Source: the human T2T-CHM13v2.0 reference genome, Homo sapiens. From it: a stretch of 64,000 nucleotides of DNA. Each line of letters opens with the position of its first letter. Position 1 is the stretch's first letter. The stretch lies in NCBI RefSeq assembly GCF_009914755.1, contig NC_060927.1. One strand, 5' to 3'. Below, piece after piece: positions 39,911 to 60,976 of this stretch. Made by a program: the position numbers and the translations under genes. Under the pieces are notes generated by a model. The model had not been told where the DNA came from and searched no databases. It was given only the letters and a program-made list of their open reading frames with translations.

Positions 39911-41569
39911 GCATGTGACATTAAAACGAATTACTCACTAATTAAAATTAAAGTAAAATAATGGTCAAGACCGAGTAATAAAACTGTATAGGATTGTGCA
40001 TTGGGTTATTTGTATGCAATAAACATGGTGATATAAAGTTTAGTAACATTGAAAAAATATAGTATTTGCCTAAAAAGTTCCATCAGGTTTTATGCACCCA
40101 ATTCTGACAATTTATGGAATTTAAAAAATAAGCCAAATTAGAAATGGCAGCATGTTAGTGTAGATCAAATTTATCATTTCATTTTTTTAAGAGTGATTTT
40201 GAGAACTTTCTAAGAATTAGGGAGTCATTTGTTAGAGCTGTATAATTTCTCTATGATTTGAATAATTCATCAAGTTAGAGTAGTTTGAGAACATCCAGTG
40301 GATGCTGAGTTGTACTGGTGCAGCTCCTCAAGAAAAGTTATGGTTTACCTGAGCCATAGTTTATCTGAATAAGACCCAGCATCATAAATCCTCTCTGTAG
40401 TGAACTCTTTACTTAATAGAATGTTTAAGAGAGAAGTGGAGGACAATAAAGCATCCCACAACCATGAAACTCTGACATGTTTCTCACTGTTTGGACTCTC
40501 ATATTCCAGACACCTCACATTTCCAGCACATTTGTGCTGCCTTACTTATTTAAGCAGTACCGCCTCCCTAGAGGCAAGTACGTCTCAGTTTTTTCAATCA
40601 TATAAGTCTTTCCTTCAGGCTCACAGAAAATTCTATTTAGTCTCCTGTTTTCCTCTTTAAGCCCCAACAATCTGGGCTTTCTGAAGTGCTCTCAGTAAGG
40701 GCATTAATGGACCCAGGTACTAATTTTTCCATCTATGCTGTATCATATATTATTTGCAAGACACCAAAACCACAAGGTGGTTGGTGAATAAGATACTAGC
40801 TTCATTCAGGAGATTAAGTTCAAATTTAGAGACTATTGGTCATCATCAAAATGGGCAACTGGCCCTCAAAACTGGCCAGTTGTGTAGCAGAGAGGCAGCA
40901 TATTAAATCCAAGCTTATGAGGGAGAACTGTGCTCAATACTCAATACTTAGCATAATGTCTAGGATAAAATTTGTGTTTTCTACTCGATGAATATTTGTT
41001 TGACAAAAGAATAAACATCATTAGTTTCTACACAAAAACTCCATGAAAATACAAATTTACTGAGGACATTCCACCAAAACTAAATTTAAGATGGCTTTTT
41101 CTTTTTCTGGAAAGCGAGTAATAACTCCTTCTGGCAAACTCATCACTGTGTGGACACCGAATTACACCAAGTATGGACTGATTATGCACATATATTTAGA
41201 ATGTTGTGATTAAAAAATCAGTTAGATGGGAATGCTTAGTGTATTGATGATATTCTTAAATGTTCTTATGTGAAATCCCTGATTGCAAACTAGTTTAACA
41301 ATTATCTTGTCAGCCAGATTAAAACTTGTCAAGGTGAGGACTTCATCTTCTCTCTCCTTAATCCCCAATTCTACACATACGTGATTGTTGATAAAGAAAT
41401 ATAAGAGACAAAGAGAGATGGAAGTTGACAAAAAGTGATTACGTGATTACGCAGGATTGAATGGACTTTCCATAACAAATTTTGACCAATTACAACAACG
41501 ACAAGAGAGAATTTTACAGCAAGAATCTTTACTTTGCTAGTTCTCTAGAGATACTGTTCATTCTTTGCC

Positions 41570-43058
<1,489 letters not shown>

Positions 43059-44949
43059 AAAGAAACCAAAGTATTTGGATAATGCGCTAACTTAAGGGCC
43101 CTAGTCAAACAGTTTGGCCATATATCATTAACAAGACTCATTCTACTACAACAATCCCATTGACTATATTCAGTCTTTGCCAGGCAAGAACTAGCCTAAT
43201 TTGACTTTAATCTAATAATGTTTCACGATATAGTCGTGGAACATCTGAAGTTTCAGCTGTGGACATGGTTAACAACTATGATGCATTATCATAACCAAAT
43301 CAAATTCAAGTAACTATGTCTGATATAAAGAAAGGTCTCTTTTTACTTCAATCATTGCTTAGTAAAAATTGGCTAGTGGTTGAAAATCAAACTGTTATTG
43401 CAAAACGTCGTTTTTAGAAAATATCTGGCCCAAATCTCTCATTTTATGAAAAGAGAACAGAGGCTTGAGGAAGCTAAACTCACTCAGTACATTTATGTCC
43501 CTGTAGTAGAAGTTAGAGTAGAAGGTAGGTTTCCCAACCCTTTTAGTTCTATAAATATTGATTCTTTGGGTGTCATGTCAACAAACCTTAAAAAAGATAA
43601 ATTTAAATGGCACAAATGTCATGATTTGAAGAAGAAAACCTTTGAGTTCATTATTTTAATTTGTTTTTAAGTACTATTTTCAGTTACACTGGAAAATCAA
43701 AGGCAAGCATATTTAGTGACAATGAAACAGAATAGTTTTTGCTTTCATTACAATGTTCGGTGTTTCTTGATTTTGTTATTATTGCTTCCAAAAGAATTTA
43801 ATGTGAACTTATGTTTAAATGTTAGTTACTAAAATATGTATAAAATTTCTGTTACAGCATTCATAGAAAAGGCTGGTCCTTAAGTGTTTCTGGTAATACA
43901 ATTGTCCTTATGACTAATTTTGGAACCATGTGTTTTTTTTTATCAATCTCATGATTATACTAACATAGCTTTCTATATATCTGAGAAGTGTACCTTGGAA
44001 TCATTGTTTCACACGTGCTTAAGATATGTGAGCAAAATTCAATATGATAGAGATTCTTTTAGCACAGATGCATTAGCCAAGCAAGTCTCTTATGGCTAAG
44101 AAGATGGTGAATGCAGTTGAAATTATGATTCTCCATTCTACTTATAAACACTTATCCATTTTAAGATGTTTTCTAAGCTTCAGTAGTCTGAATAGTTTAT
44201 AGAAGTCATTGCAACAAAATCATTTCTTCTTTTAATGGGGAAATATCCCAGATCCAAGATAGTTCTTTCTTTTCTGCAACTTGTTCTTAAGGAATAAATA
44301 TAAATGTGTTTCTTTAACGATGCACACAGGCAATTTCAAATAAAATGGGAGTTTTGAAGATAAATTGAACAGAAAGTAGACACTATCATGGTTTAACTAA
44401 ATGGATCTTAGTCTCTCAAAAAAAAGTCACTATTATGATTGGTGTGAACTTGAACAGATATTCAACTTTTGTGAAATAATACAACCCAAGGCATTACCAG
44501 CTAACAGGGAGTTTTCTAGTGGCACTATGTATACTATAATAGCTTTTGATCTCCACTCAAGTACAGAAAAGGGTACCTGTTTCTAGGCCTAATATAAATT
44601 GCAGGAAGTAAGATCATTCACTGTGAAAAAGAGTTTTCTAATGTGTTTAAAGAAAAAGCCATGTTGGGTAAAGTTAACTCTGGCAAAAATAGAAGTAGCT
44701 TCCATTAGGAGAATATTCAGGCAAAGTGTCAATAAAGAAAAAAATTTAAGTAGAAAGCCATGTCATTGCAGCAAAAGGAAGGGACAATAATTTTCACCTG
44801 CTATAAAAATATAAAGAATTTTAATAATACATAGCAAGTATAGTGCAATGGTTCCCAACTATGAGCCTGGCCTACTAGTTGTGTTAGCATGAATTATCAT
44901 ACCTAGTCCTTATTCATACAAATATTTCGAGGGTTATTAATTTATTCTT

Positions 44950-45090
44950 TTTTTGAGATTGAAAACCTAAATCATAGAGAGTGTAAACAATTTATTTAAG
45001 GCCATGCAGCTATTGACTGGAAGAGCTGAAATCCAAATCCGGAGAACCTAATGCCAATGCCAGCTTCTTAATCACTAAAATATCTTACAC
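44950..45090 (-). mobile_element. MIR
   Basis: gagattgaaaacct...tttaaggccatgcagct...gagctgaaatccaaatcc...ttcttaatcacta. Confidence 0.55.
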
Positions 45091-45332
45091 TGTTATATGC
45101 AATTTCTAATGGTTATATAGAGATCTGCATAATAAAAATGATGGGAACTAATGATGTGGAGAAAAATTTTAGAGTTAGAGAAATCTGAGCTTGAATCCCA
45201 TTTTTGTCACTTGATAGCAGTGTACATTGGGCAAATTAATTATTGGCTGTCAGCTGTTTCATGTATTGATTAAATCCTGGTTTTTAATATTTACTCTTTG
45301 TTCACACTAGAAACTGCAAATGATACTCTTAC

Positions 45333-45653
<321 letters not shown>

Positions 45654-48439
45654 CGAACCATTACTTTAGACTCAATAAGAAGGTAGATACAAATGTTGAA
45701 GCTGCAAAAATCGTATGTTTTAGAGCATAAATGATACAGAGTTGAGTTTATATTTGACAATGACTAAGAAAAATCTGGCATCTATATTTCTGTCCAGCTC
45801 ACAGTTATATTTTACATTAAAATAATAAAAATATTTTTGTATTAACTTTGTTATGAATTTTTAAAAATAAATGTTGAGTTACCAATAGCTTTCTTAGAGT
45901 TTTTAGTTCTGTTCTATTATGCTTTAAAAAAGTATTGAATACAGATAAAATAAACTAACAATTAATTATTATAAGCATGAAGCTGTTAAGTGTCTATAGA
46001 GGAATCTCTTCTTACTATCTAACCTGTAATGAAAGTTAGGACAATTTTTTATGTATAATCTGAATAACCTGATGTGCAAACTTATTAAAGTGGAGTCAAT
46101 GAGCTAAATATATTTTCACTTATTGCACCATATTTTTGTTTTGGTTTCTTCTATATTATTTCAAGGGACAAAACGACTCCTTTTTTTCCTAAGAATTTTT
46201 TTTTTAAGAAAAAAACTTGCATCATTTTTATGATTTGAAAAGTTCAGCATAATTTGAATTTTTTTTGTTTATTAAGCTACAATGTTTCCAAAATTAAATC
46301 AGATGTCTTACACCTAAATGAATGTTTGTGATTTTACATTAAGAAAGATAACATTTTTAAAATTATGACTTGGTTTAGGTTGCAGCAGCATCTTGTGACA
46401 ATCTAACAAATAAGTTTTGGAAGTTTAAATATATCATAACATTGTTGAGATAAAATTAATTTCTTCTTAGATTAGAACATTTGTCTAACATAATTTTAAT
46501 TGGCTTGACAGTTAATTTTGACAGTGAAAGTTAATGAATTTTATTTATTCCATATTTATGCTAAACTTTTAAATATATGTATACAAAACATATATGCATA
46601 CATACACACACATACGCACCTACACATATATTCCCTGGATAATCTCCAGGAATCTTTTCCTATCACTGGTCTACAAATAAGTTGAAAATAGCATGGTGAA
46701 AACTTGCAGAAATTTCTAATTAGGGGTTGAACAGTTGTTCCATGACGGCTCAAGGCAATTAATGCTTGTATAAGTATCTAAAAGGTCAGATAGGGCAGAG
46801 GAAAAATGCTCAAAATAGTATAATGTTACAATTGTTCACAACAAAAGGGCAGTTCCAGAATTTTTACAAGGAGACTAATTCTGAATTGCTATCATCCCCT
46901 CTACTGACATACTTAACATAGACTAGTTTTTCTTCTTTTCAAAGCATGCCTGGTTGTACCAAAAAACAGAAGTCAAATAAGACAAAGTGGATAAAGCTAG
47001 AGCTAAAAACCAAAACACAGCGCTTCCCCTACAATAATATAAGAACAGCATTGTTAGAGCAGCTGTTAAGTTTAGTTGCTTATTTAGTTTAGTTTAGTTG
47101 CTAAATTTAGCTGCTAAATTTAGTTCCACCAATGACTCAAAGTTGACCTATTCCCTTTTAAAAATAGTCTTTTTTTTTAATAAGCTGGTTTGTCCAGGGT
47201 GAAGTTGAGCTGATATCACACATTGATGGCATAGTTTTCATTTAAGTATTTTTTCCTATGATTGTCTAATTATTGAAGAAAGGAGTAAATACATCTAAAT
47301 TATATTCATTTCCTCTCCTTCATACACAGTTTCTCTAACATTTTCTAAGTTATGCTCAGCTGGCAGCAATACTATGTGTCCTTCTGGCTGCATGATGAGA
47401 GTAGATTGTTGCATCCATTAACTTGGTTTCCTCGGTGATTTGTAGTATTTAAGACATCAAGGCCACTGCTTCCCCATGGCCACCGCTTCCCCATGGTCAT
47501 GTGGTTGAGTGGCAGCTGAAATAGCTGCTGTAAGGATAGCAGAATAATGTCTAGAACCTCCTCATGTGGTCTCTCATTGATTTTATTGACTGGATTTAGT
47601 AACATTATTCCCAGCACAGAGTACACAATTTCTTTACCACCCCAGACCATTGTACATCACAGCCCGAACAGTGGACTGATTTACTGGCATTTGTAGAACA
47701 ACCAAAGTGCATGTATCATTTACATCAACTATTTCATTGTATTTAATTCTAATCCATCTGCCTTCGTTACTTTTTCTCTGAATCCACATATACTTGGCAT
47801 CTTATTTCTCCTCCCTTTCATGATAGAATGATGGTTCTCCTCTTTTTGAGATATTTCTTTTTTTCTAATTTGATGATTAGCATTTGAACACTTGCCCCCC
47901 ACCATGTTTTCTTCATGTCTTGTACATCTCTGCCTCGCATTTTACTAATCTGTTCTGCGAAACAGTTAACTGTTCTTTATTTTGAACATACCCTTCAAGT
48001 TAATTTACATCAAGAATCATGAAGACAGAACTTTAGTCTTTTGCCAGGAAAATTCTGGAAATGAACATGTTCTTATTTCTGTAATAGAGGCCGCAGCCTA
48101 GTAGCCTGCAGTATCTAGACCTATTTCTCACTGATCTCTTCAGTTTTTCTATGCTAGGGTAATAGGAGAGTGCTGCCTATAATATCATCTAACTCTACAA
48201 AATTTTGCTCCTCTCTCCCTTCCAAATACCAAGATTCATTAACCAAACTCCCCCACAATTTGTCAAATTATAAAATATGTGTTAACAACCTCCACATAGT
48301 CTGATGTCCTTTAATTCTCATATGTACACACACATAATCATGTGCTTGTCATTAATTGTTTCCATCAATTAGCTCATGTAAAACTCTTATTGAAAACACC
48401 ATTTCAGTTGCTATTCTATTTTAAGCAGTTACATCAAGT

Positions 48440-48660
48440 TAGACATTTTGATAAGAGCTTTATATAAATAATTACATTTAATTTTCTCAATTGTCCTATA
48501 AGGTAGTTATTAAATTATTGTTACTAGCCCCTTTTAACAGACACAAAAAATAAAGTGATTAAATACCTTGTCTAAAGTTATTCAATTAATAAAAGAAGAT
48601 GCCAAACCTCTAATTTAAGAATGTGTGATAGAAAATTCTGTGTCTTTATCCAATAATGTA
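48440..48660 (-). mobile_element. MIR
   Basis: catttaattttctcaattgtcctataaggtag...ccccttttaacagac...gtgattaaataccttgtctaaagt. Confidence 0.55.
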
Positions 48661-49339
48661 CATGGCTTAAACTTTGCTTAGCTGTATTCTATCAAGCATA
48701 AAACTCTGTCGGGGACTGCAAAAATAAATATCAACTGGAATTGGAAAAGGAAAAGGCTGCTTTGCCATTAATCAGGCTGGACGAAAGGTTGAACACAGAA
48801 AAAGCTAGGATCTAAATTAGTGGAAAATATTATTTCCCGAAGACCATACTGTAAAATACCATAACAAATTCTTCTTTTTGTTACTTCTGTTTGTTTGCCG
48901 ATGATGCCCCCAGAAGCTCTTTGTTTTTCTTATCTGTTACTGGGAACATCTGATTGCTAAAATACTTTCACCTCATGACAGCACCCAATCCCTAGTTAAA
49001 CTTGAATCCTTTCAGTTTTGTCTAGAAGCATCAATAAATCCAGAATTAATACCCTCTTCCCTTAAACATTCTGCAGTCATTCAGCAAGAACCAAAACCTT
49101 ATCGATGCTTCCCTTGCTCTCTCTCATCATGTGACATTCTGTCGTTCCTCTGGAGTTCCCTCCCTTCCTGCATGAAGTCAGTAAAGCTGATTCCCTCAGC
49201 TTCAGATTTCCGCTTGGTAGTCTTTGGCTAATTAGGCCTTTAACAGTACTTAGTGAATTAATATACATAAGTAATTCCCAGAGGGAGAAAAATAGTCACT
49301 AAATATTTGAAAGATTATTTAGTGCTCTTATAACAAAAA

Positions 49340-50245
<906 letters not shown>

Positions 50246-51444
50246 ATAGAAAGTTGAAGCATAATCAATTTGAAATCCACAAACATTCAGTCACAATTTT
50301 AGGCCAAAAAAAGATGAAATTTTTACTATTTTTATTGGCTGAACTATTACTAGCTATAGTTAGCAATATCTGTATCATATATCTCCATTCCACAAATCTG
50401 ATATACTCAATACATCTGACTGCATTTTTTCAGTGGAAGAAATAAAAAAGAATTGAGTTAAGAAACAAAGGCCAGTGAAGTTCTGACCCTTTAACCCAAA
50501 GTTAATTCATAGATTAGAGAAAAAATATTCCTCTACATACATCTGATTTAAGCCCTTGGATGACCAAAAAACTACGGAAAACATGCTACTGAATGTACTA
50601 TGCTGCAATTCTCTCTCCAGTTTTCTCCCCCCATCCACACCCCCACTTCCACAGGGGAGGGTGGGCTACTTAGACACAAGCTACTGAACTACAAGTAAAG
50701 GCTGAGATAAAGCATAGCCAGAGCTCTCTGCTTCTACCTGTCCTCATTTGCTCATGAGAATAAAAAATAACTGAAGTGCCTTTGGTTAAATATTTCTCAA
50801 TTTTTGCTTTATGCAGCCCAGGGTCATATACATTTATAATAACAACCTTCTTTAATTCCCTCCTTCCTTTTATTCTTCCTGAATAATTTAGTCCCCAAAT
50901 CCATTTGATGGGTCAGAGTAAGGTAGGTGCCCATGTGGCAAATGTGTCTTGTGTGTGTGTGGGTTGAAAATTTGGGGAAACAACAGTGACTTTGCATAAG
51001 GTATCAGAGACTGAAAGGAGTAAGAAGAATTTCCATGCAGAGGGTTGGCAGCTGTGATAGGAAATCTATTACATCATGAATGAAGAATCAAATAGGTACC
51101 TAAATTGAGGTTAATAGGAAAGGGGGCAAATGAAAGTTAACCAATGATATTAGATTTGTATTGGTATAAATTTGTGCTTTCCAATATATGTATATATAGA
51201 TAAATAAACAGACATATGTATGTAGGTGATATGTGTATACATATGAACATGCATACACATATACATACATAGGCATACACTAGATTATCCATTAAGAGGA
51301 CATGTGAGTGATGACACTCAATGGCTTCTAGCACTCCTAGAGCCCAGATCTTGGTTTCTAAACAGCATTTTTGACTAAAGAACTTGGATTTCAGGGATGA
51401 AGCAGGGAAAATACAAGATAGTCTTGCAACACCTTATTTGTCAC

Positions 51445-51837
51445 TGTATTAGTCCATTTTTACACTATTATAAAGATACTACCCAAGACTGGCTAATTTA
51501 TAAACAAAGGAGGTTAAATTGACTCACAGTTCTGTATGGCAAAGGAGGCCTCAGAAAACTTACAATTATGGCAGAAGGGGAAGCAGTCACCTACTTCACA
51601 AGGCTGCAGGAGGGGGCCAAGCAAGAGCAGAGAAAACTGGTTTATAAAACCATCAGATCTCGTGAAAACTCACTATCGGGAGAACTCACTATCATGAGAA
51701 CAGCATGGGGGAAACCACTGCCATGATCCAATCACCTCCCTCTCTCAACACGTGGACATTGCAGGTTTCTTCCTTGACACATGGGGATTACAATTCAACA
51801 TGAGATTTGGGTGGGGACACAGAGCCAAACCATATCA
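51445..51837 (-). mobile_element. THE1D-like solo LTR
   Basis: tgtattagtcc...gacacagagccaaaccatatca; TSD gtcac/gtcag. Confidence 0.92.
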
Positions 51838-52150
51838 GTCAGAAAGTAAGGAAGTGTTTGAAGACTGATAAGGACACCAAAAAAATGTTAAAGGACTCCC
51901 ACTGGCCAAATATGGAACAATTTGAGCACCAAGTGAAGATTGTCACTGATAATAACCCATTAAGTAAAATAGAAATGTTTGAGCCTATCCTGATGTAAAT
52001 AAATGGATATATAAGGGAGAAGACAAGCAGTTATTTTAGAGTAGAATTAAAAATTATTAGTATGGAAAAATGTGGTTAGAAAATCATCGTTGGCACTTAT
52101 CACCATCCTAATAATCAGGTAAGAAACAGCAATGAAAAAATTGGTGAGTT

Positions 52151-54222
<2,072 letters not shown>

Positions 54223-54290
54223 CTGTTGAGTTAATGTTTCACAATAAACTGGATATTTCCTTTTTTATAAAATTCTTATAAATCATGAAT

Positions 54291-54354
54291 TATATATGTA
54301 GTATATTATATATAGAGTGTATATATACTCTGTGTGTATATATATGTGTATATG

Positions 54355-54401
<47 letters not shown>

Positions 54402-54402
54402 G
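54291..54402. repeat. (TA)n/(TG)n compound microsatellite
   Basis: Seen directly. Confidence 0.95.
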
Positions 54403-57400
54403 GAACTTGGTAAACCACCACTTTAGTCAAATGGTGACTTAATAATTTCACTTGACTTGAAAATAGTTGGACAAATTAAAATTATTTACCACCTGAGAAG
54501 ATGCAATGAGAATATAGCATCACTTCTGTGGTATTAATGTCAAAATATATACCCTGAATTTAATTATGAAGCAACATGGGACAAATAAAAGTGGAGCAAC
54601 ATTATATAAAGTATTTGGCCTTTAATGTTCAAAAACTGTTAAATTAATGAAAGTCAAAAAGACTGAGGAACTAATGCAAATTAAATGGGACCCAAAAAAT
54701 GACAACTAAATGCAAAACACGAATCTGGATTAAATTTTTTTCCTTTTATAATAGGCAATTCATAACACTTAAATGGGGTCGGTGGAAGTAGTAATAGCCT
54801 ATCAATGTTAATTTTCTGATTTTATGCTTGCTTGTAATTTTATAAAAGAATGCTCTTGTTTATAGAAAATGTATACTATTCAGTTTGGGATAATGGGGAT
54901 TAATATTGGCCATATATACTAAAATGATTCAGAAAAAAAGTTACTTCAGCTGGCTTGCAAATGTTTTGTAAGTTTCAAATTATTTCACAGTAGAAAAAGT
55001 ATTAGCCTCTTGTTCCTTTTTTTCCCCTTTCCTCACCCCATTACTAGCACAAAGACAGGTAACCCTCTCCAATTACTAATGAAAACATCCTTCCTGAATT
55101 ACCTTTTCACAAAGAAAAACAGCAGATGTGAATAACGTGAAGGTGATCCTGGAAACTGAAGATACGGAATTTTTGACTGTCATTTGGCTGCAACCCTTTA
55201 ATGACTCCTTAACCCAACCATTCAGCAGTACTGAAGAATTTTAATGTATTTTATCTATCTTCTGGATATGTAAAAGTGTTGTATTGATTGCAAAGTGTAG
55301 GTATAAAATAATAGATTTTTAAAATGTTATTCACCATTAAACTGTGAGCTCCGTGAACTTGTATCACTCACTGGTTGTGAATAAACATGGCTATGTGCCC
55401 ATAAGTACTATGTCTTCCATGCTAGCACATGATAGCCATTCTATATGGTTTATTTAAATAAATTTTGTTATATTCATTTATCTCATATATAATTTATTAT
55501 GGTAAGTGCTTTGTAATATATTCACTTTGGAGGCATGGTATGCTCTGTTTACAATAAATACTTGTTTTCTCTTTATAAACTGTAAATAAATTTATTGTTA
55601 AATACATGGAATATGTGGAAAATTAAAATGAAACCAAAACTTTCCCGTAATCCCATCACCTCCTCTCTGCTCCCCAACAAAAAACTTACCATTCACTTTT
55701 GAAGCATTCCCTTCCTTGTATCCAGATTTTACCTAGCTGAGACAAATGTGTGTGTATGTTTGAGAATGTATACGTAATATAGTACATATACATCCTGTTT
55801 TTCAATGCAACTTTGTACAATAATTTTATTTAGTGCCCAAAAGTCTCTTTATAAAAGTCATTATTCTTATGTGTACATTTAATTGATGTCTACACATTTA
55901 GAGGGTAACAAATTCTATTTAGTTATATCTACCCATTTCTCTTCCAGCAGAAGAGCCTCTAACAGCCCTTGAACCTGAAATCCTTCATAAAATGTGCATG
56001 AAATGTGTATGTGATCTCTCCCCTGATATAACCAGGATTAAAAATTATCTACATTAATAACTCCCTCTTTACCATTGTCCCTTCACAGCTGCCTGAATGG
56101 AGTGAGCTCGTAACTATAGCCTGCAAGTTTCTTTTCCCCAGAAATTTGCCTTAAAATGTTTATTTTGCCTTAACAATAGTTATATATTTCACAGATGTCA
56201 TAGTGTCATTATAAAGTTAAGCTGTAAGAAATATTCTATTTCCTTAAGTTGAAAATTTCATCTTTAACCCTGAATTAACATGTTAAGGGGTAAAAATTTT
56301 CTCATATACACATGCATGCATGGGAAAATACTTCATAATATTTTTCCTCCTATTGAAACTCAACAATTAATATTAACACAGAAATAATATAGCAAAATTT
56401 TGCTTGAATGATTCCATCTGTTTTCCTAATAATACAATCTGATTTCCCAGTCTTCAGAATTGATAATATCAATGATCAGGAAGCCAAACACTCTGCCATG
56501 CAAACTTCCTACATGAGGCTATAAATGTAAGAAACAAAAATACTATATTATATTTTAAGTTAAGGTGAATTAATTTAACCTTAGAGATCAGGAAAAGAGT
56601 TGATGCAATAGTTGAGGTGAAAGGTGAATTTGTGTAAAGTGTTGGTAATAGAGATGAAGAGAAGCATATTGGGGGATAAATTGGGCAGAAAAATTAATAT
56701 ATTGGATATGGGACGGTTAAGGTTAATTAACTGAAAACATAATATAGTATTATATTAATGTAATGGTATGTTAATTATGTACCATTTACATAGCAGATAT
56801 TTACCAAGCACTTCAGATACTCTAGGTTACAGTTTCTTTGGCCTTGAAGAATTCATTGTGGAGTGGGCATGTCAGATATGTCAAGAAATATCTATAGTGC
56901 AATTGTTAGTCATGTAAAAGAGTTATTAAAAAGTGTAATGGAAACAGATGGAAATTCCTTCCCTTATGACTAGTAATCCCAGATGACTTATACAACAGAA
57001 GGAAGACTTTTTGTGATTTGAGAGCCTGTTGGTTAATTTCTTAAGATTATTGGACAATTCTTAGGCAAAGCCTTTTGCTGTATTTTGACCCAGTAGCTGT
57101 CCTTTTGGCTACACTATTAATATGTAGGATACATAAGGAGGGAACATGTGGAGATCAGAAGAAAAATGTACATATTCTCTAAATCATCTTGTCTTTCAAA
57201 AGGAACAGTTACTTAAACATTTCAATATAATATAGAAAAATCTGTACATTGACCTTTGCTTTATCTGAGAAATACATTTCAGTTCAGGCTAACTTACTGC
57301 CAAAAATTTTTTCAGAAAGCAAAACTGTAAACCAGTATTTCTTGGGTACTGTTCTGTTTGCACCAAAGATATGGTATGTACACATTTTTTATCCCCCCAC

Positions 57401-57617
57401 AAAAGTCATTATGATGTTTCCACCTAAAATCAAGGGAAATTTTACTCTTTAGAGACAACAACAAACAACAGATTGAATAAGGGAAAAATTAAATAAAAAA
57501 CATAAATCATAGTCTTTTGGGAGACAAGGTATTAAGAATATCAGTTTTAATTTTCCATTCTATGCCAATTCCAGGCAATCCTACCAGAGAATAAAGAGCT
57601 GTTCTGACAATACATTC

Positions 57618-57662
57618 AAAAAAAAAAAAAAAAAGAAAGAAAGAAAGAAAGAAAGAAAAGAA
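57618..57662 (+). repeat. Poly(A)-(GAAA)n tract
   Basis: Seen directly. Confidence 0.9.
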
Positions 57663-57849
57663 GCAAGGAGTTGGGAGATAGAACTTTGAATATATTATTG
57701 TGTGTACTAAGGAGTTTGACTCACGAAAGAGCATCTAAAGTTCTAATGTTCTTACTAGCTAAGGTTTTGTTTACATGGAAACTTTTTCAAATAATACAGA
57801 TTAATATATATAACTCTAAAAAGTACACAAAAATAAACACGTAAAAATA

Positions 57850-58900
57850 ATAAATAATAGTCTCAATAGCTGGAAGTGCCATGGAGGAATCAAATCAGGA
57901 TAATGTGATAGAAAGTGATTTAAGTTTCATTAAAAGTTTTTCTGTAGCAGCAACATAAAATTTGAGACCTTAAATGAGAGAGAAATATTCATGCCAATAA
58001 GAAGTTTTCCATGCAGCAGAGGACCTTAAGAAAGTCCTTGAAAGGCATTCAGAATAGCATTACCTGATGTACATTTTTTAAAAGATCATTGTCTACTGGG
58101 CAGGAAACTGATTATCAAAAGTCAGAAGTTGAAGAAATAAGATCAAGAAAAGAGTTCTTGCATTAGTTGAGATGAAAGGTGAGTTGGTGTAAAGTACTGA
58201 CAGCAGAGATGAAGAGAAGCATAGTAGGGGGTAAAATTGGGCAGAGAAAGGAATATATTCGATATATGATGGAAATAATGAAAGAATCATCAAGCATGAC
58301 TCTAAATTTTGTGGGATGAACCAATAAATTAAAGCTAATGTAATGGACTGAGAGGGGCAATCTTGGGGAAGAAACACATAAAGACAGTTGTGGGAGAGGG
58401 TTAGTTAAGAACGATCAATAATTTCTATTTAGACATGTGAAATTTGAAATGCGTGTACAATTTTCAAGTAGAGATGTGAAGTAGGAAGTAGTATATATAA
58501 TTTTGTGGCCAAAGGGATAAGTTATGCTGAGCATAGAATTTTGAGTGCTATTAGAACAAAGATGGAATTTAAAGTTAGAGCTTGAAAAATATTGCTTTGG
58601 GAGAGAATGTGGAGACAGAATAGAAAAAGCCCTGGTAGTCTCTAAAAGGTAAAAGCTGGGAAAAGTAAAATGACTCAGGAAATGACCTTAAAAAGGATTA
58701 GTTTGTGATGTAGTAGGAACAGAGTACAGTCACACCATGGGAGCCAAGTAAAGTGTTTCAAAGGGAGGGAACGTAGTTTGTACACTCTGGAAAATGTCAC
58801 TGAGGGAATGAGTAAGATGAAGACAGAGAAGTGGCCATTGAAATTGGTAACGTGGAGGTCATTGGTAATATAGATAAGAGCAGTTTCAGAGTGTTGGCCT
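57850..58900 (-). mobile_element. L2 LINE, long degenerate fragment
   Basis: aaagatcattgtct...ttagacatgtgaaatttgaaatgc...caagtagagatgt...gtggccattgaaattggtaacgtggaggtcattggt. Confidence 0.8.
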
Positions 58901-59046
58901 TCAATATAATTTATGGTTTTTAATTGGAAAGGACAGAGACATTGAATATAGATATAGATGCAAGTCTATTAGGAGATTTGGAGGCAAAAGGAGAGAGTTC
59001 CAGTCTCAATAGTCAATGACAAGGACATAATAGGTACAGCTATTTT

Positions 59047-59084
59047 CTGTGTGTGTGTGTGTGTGTGTGTGTGCACGTGTGTGT
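59047..59084. repeat. (TG)n microsatellite
   Basis: Seen directly. Confidence 0.95.
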
Positions 59085-59414
59085 ATAGATGTAAAGGCTG
59101 GAGTTTAGAAAAGAGAGAATGTAAGAGAATAAATCACTTATTTTGAGACTGAAAAGCAAAGTAGGATGGTTAGGTTTATAAACTTCATATTCAATGTTGT
59201 AAAATTTATTTAAATACAGTTCTGATGAGGATAAAATAGACTCAAGTGTGTAGAGTCCTTGAATTTCCCATGTGAGATGTAAGAGATGATCCAAAATTAT
59301 AACTTTATTACCCATACATTTTGTGGCCCCAGCCTTTTGATTAGTTATTAGGAAAACAAGAGATTGGAGAAAATGAATAAAATGATAAGGAAACAGCATA
59401 GGAATATTTTTCTA

Positions 59415-60793
<1,379 letters not shown>

Positions 60794-60976
60794 CCCCTCT
60801 GAAACTTATTGTATCAGGGTACATATAATCCCAGTACAAGTTACATATTAAGCAGTGAAAACCATAGCAATAGCACATCAAATCAGCTCAAAAAGCCCCC
60901 ATCCACAAGATTACTTCCACTTCTATTCCGCAATGTAAAGTCAGCAGTTAAATCCAACACCTCCTGCCATGCAACA

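Noticed and set aside
51660-51800. Short internal duplications in the THE1D LTR
   Set aside because: Resemble common THE1D variants or simple slippage
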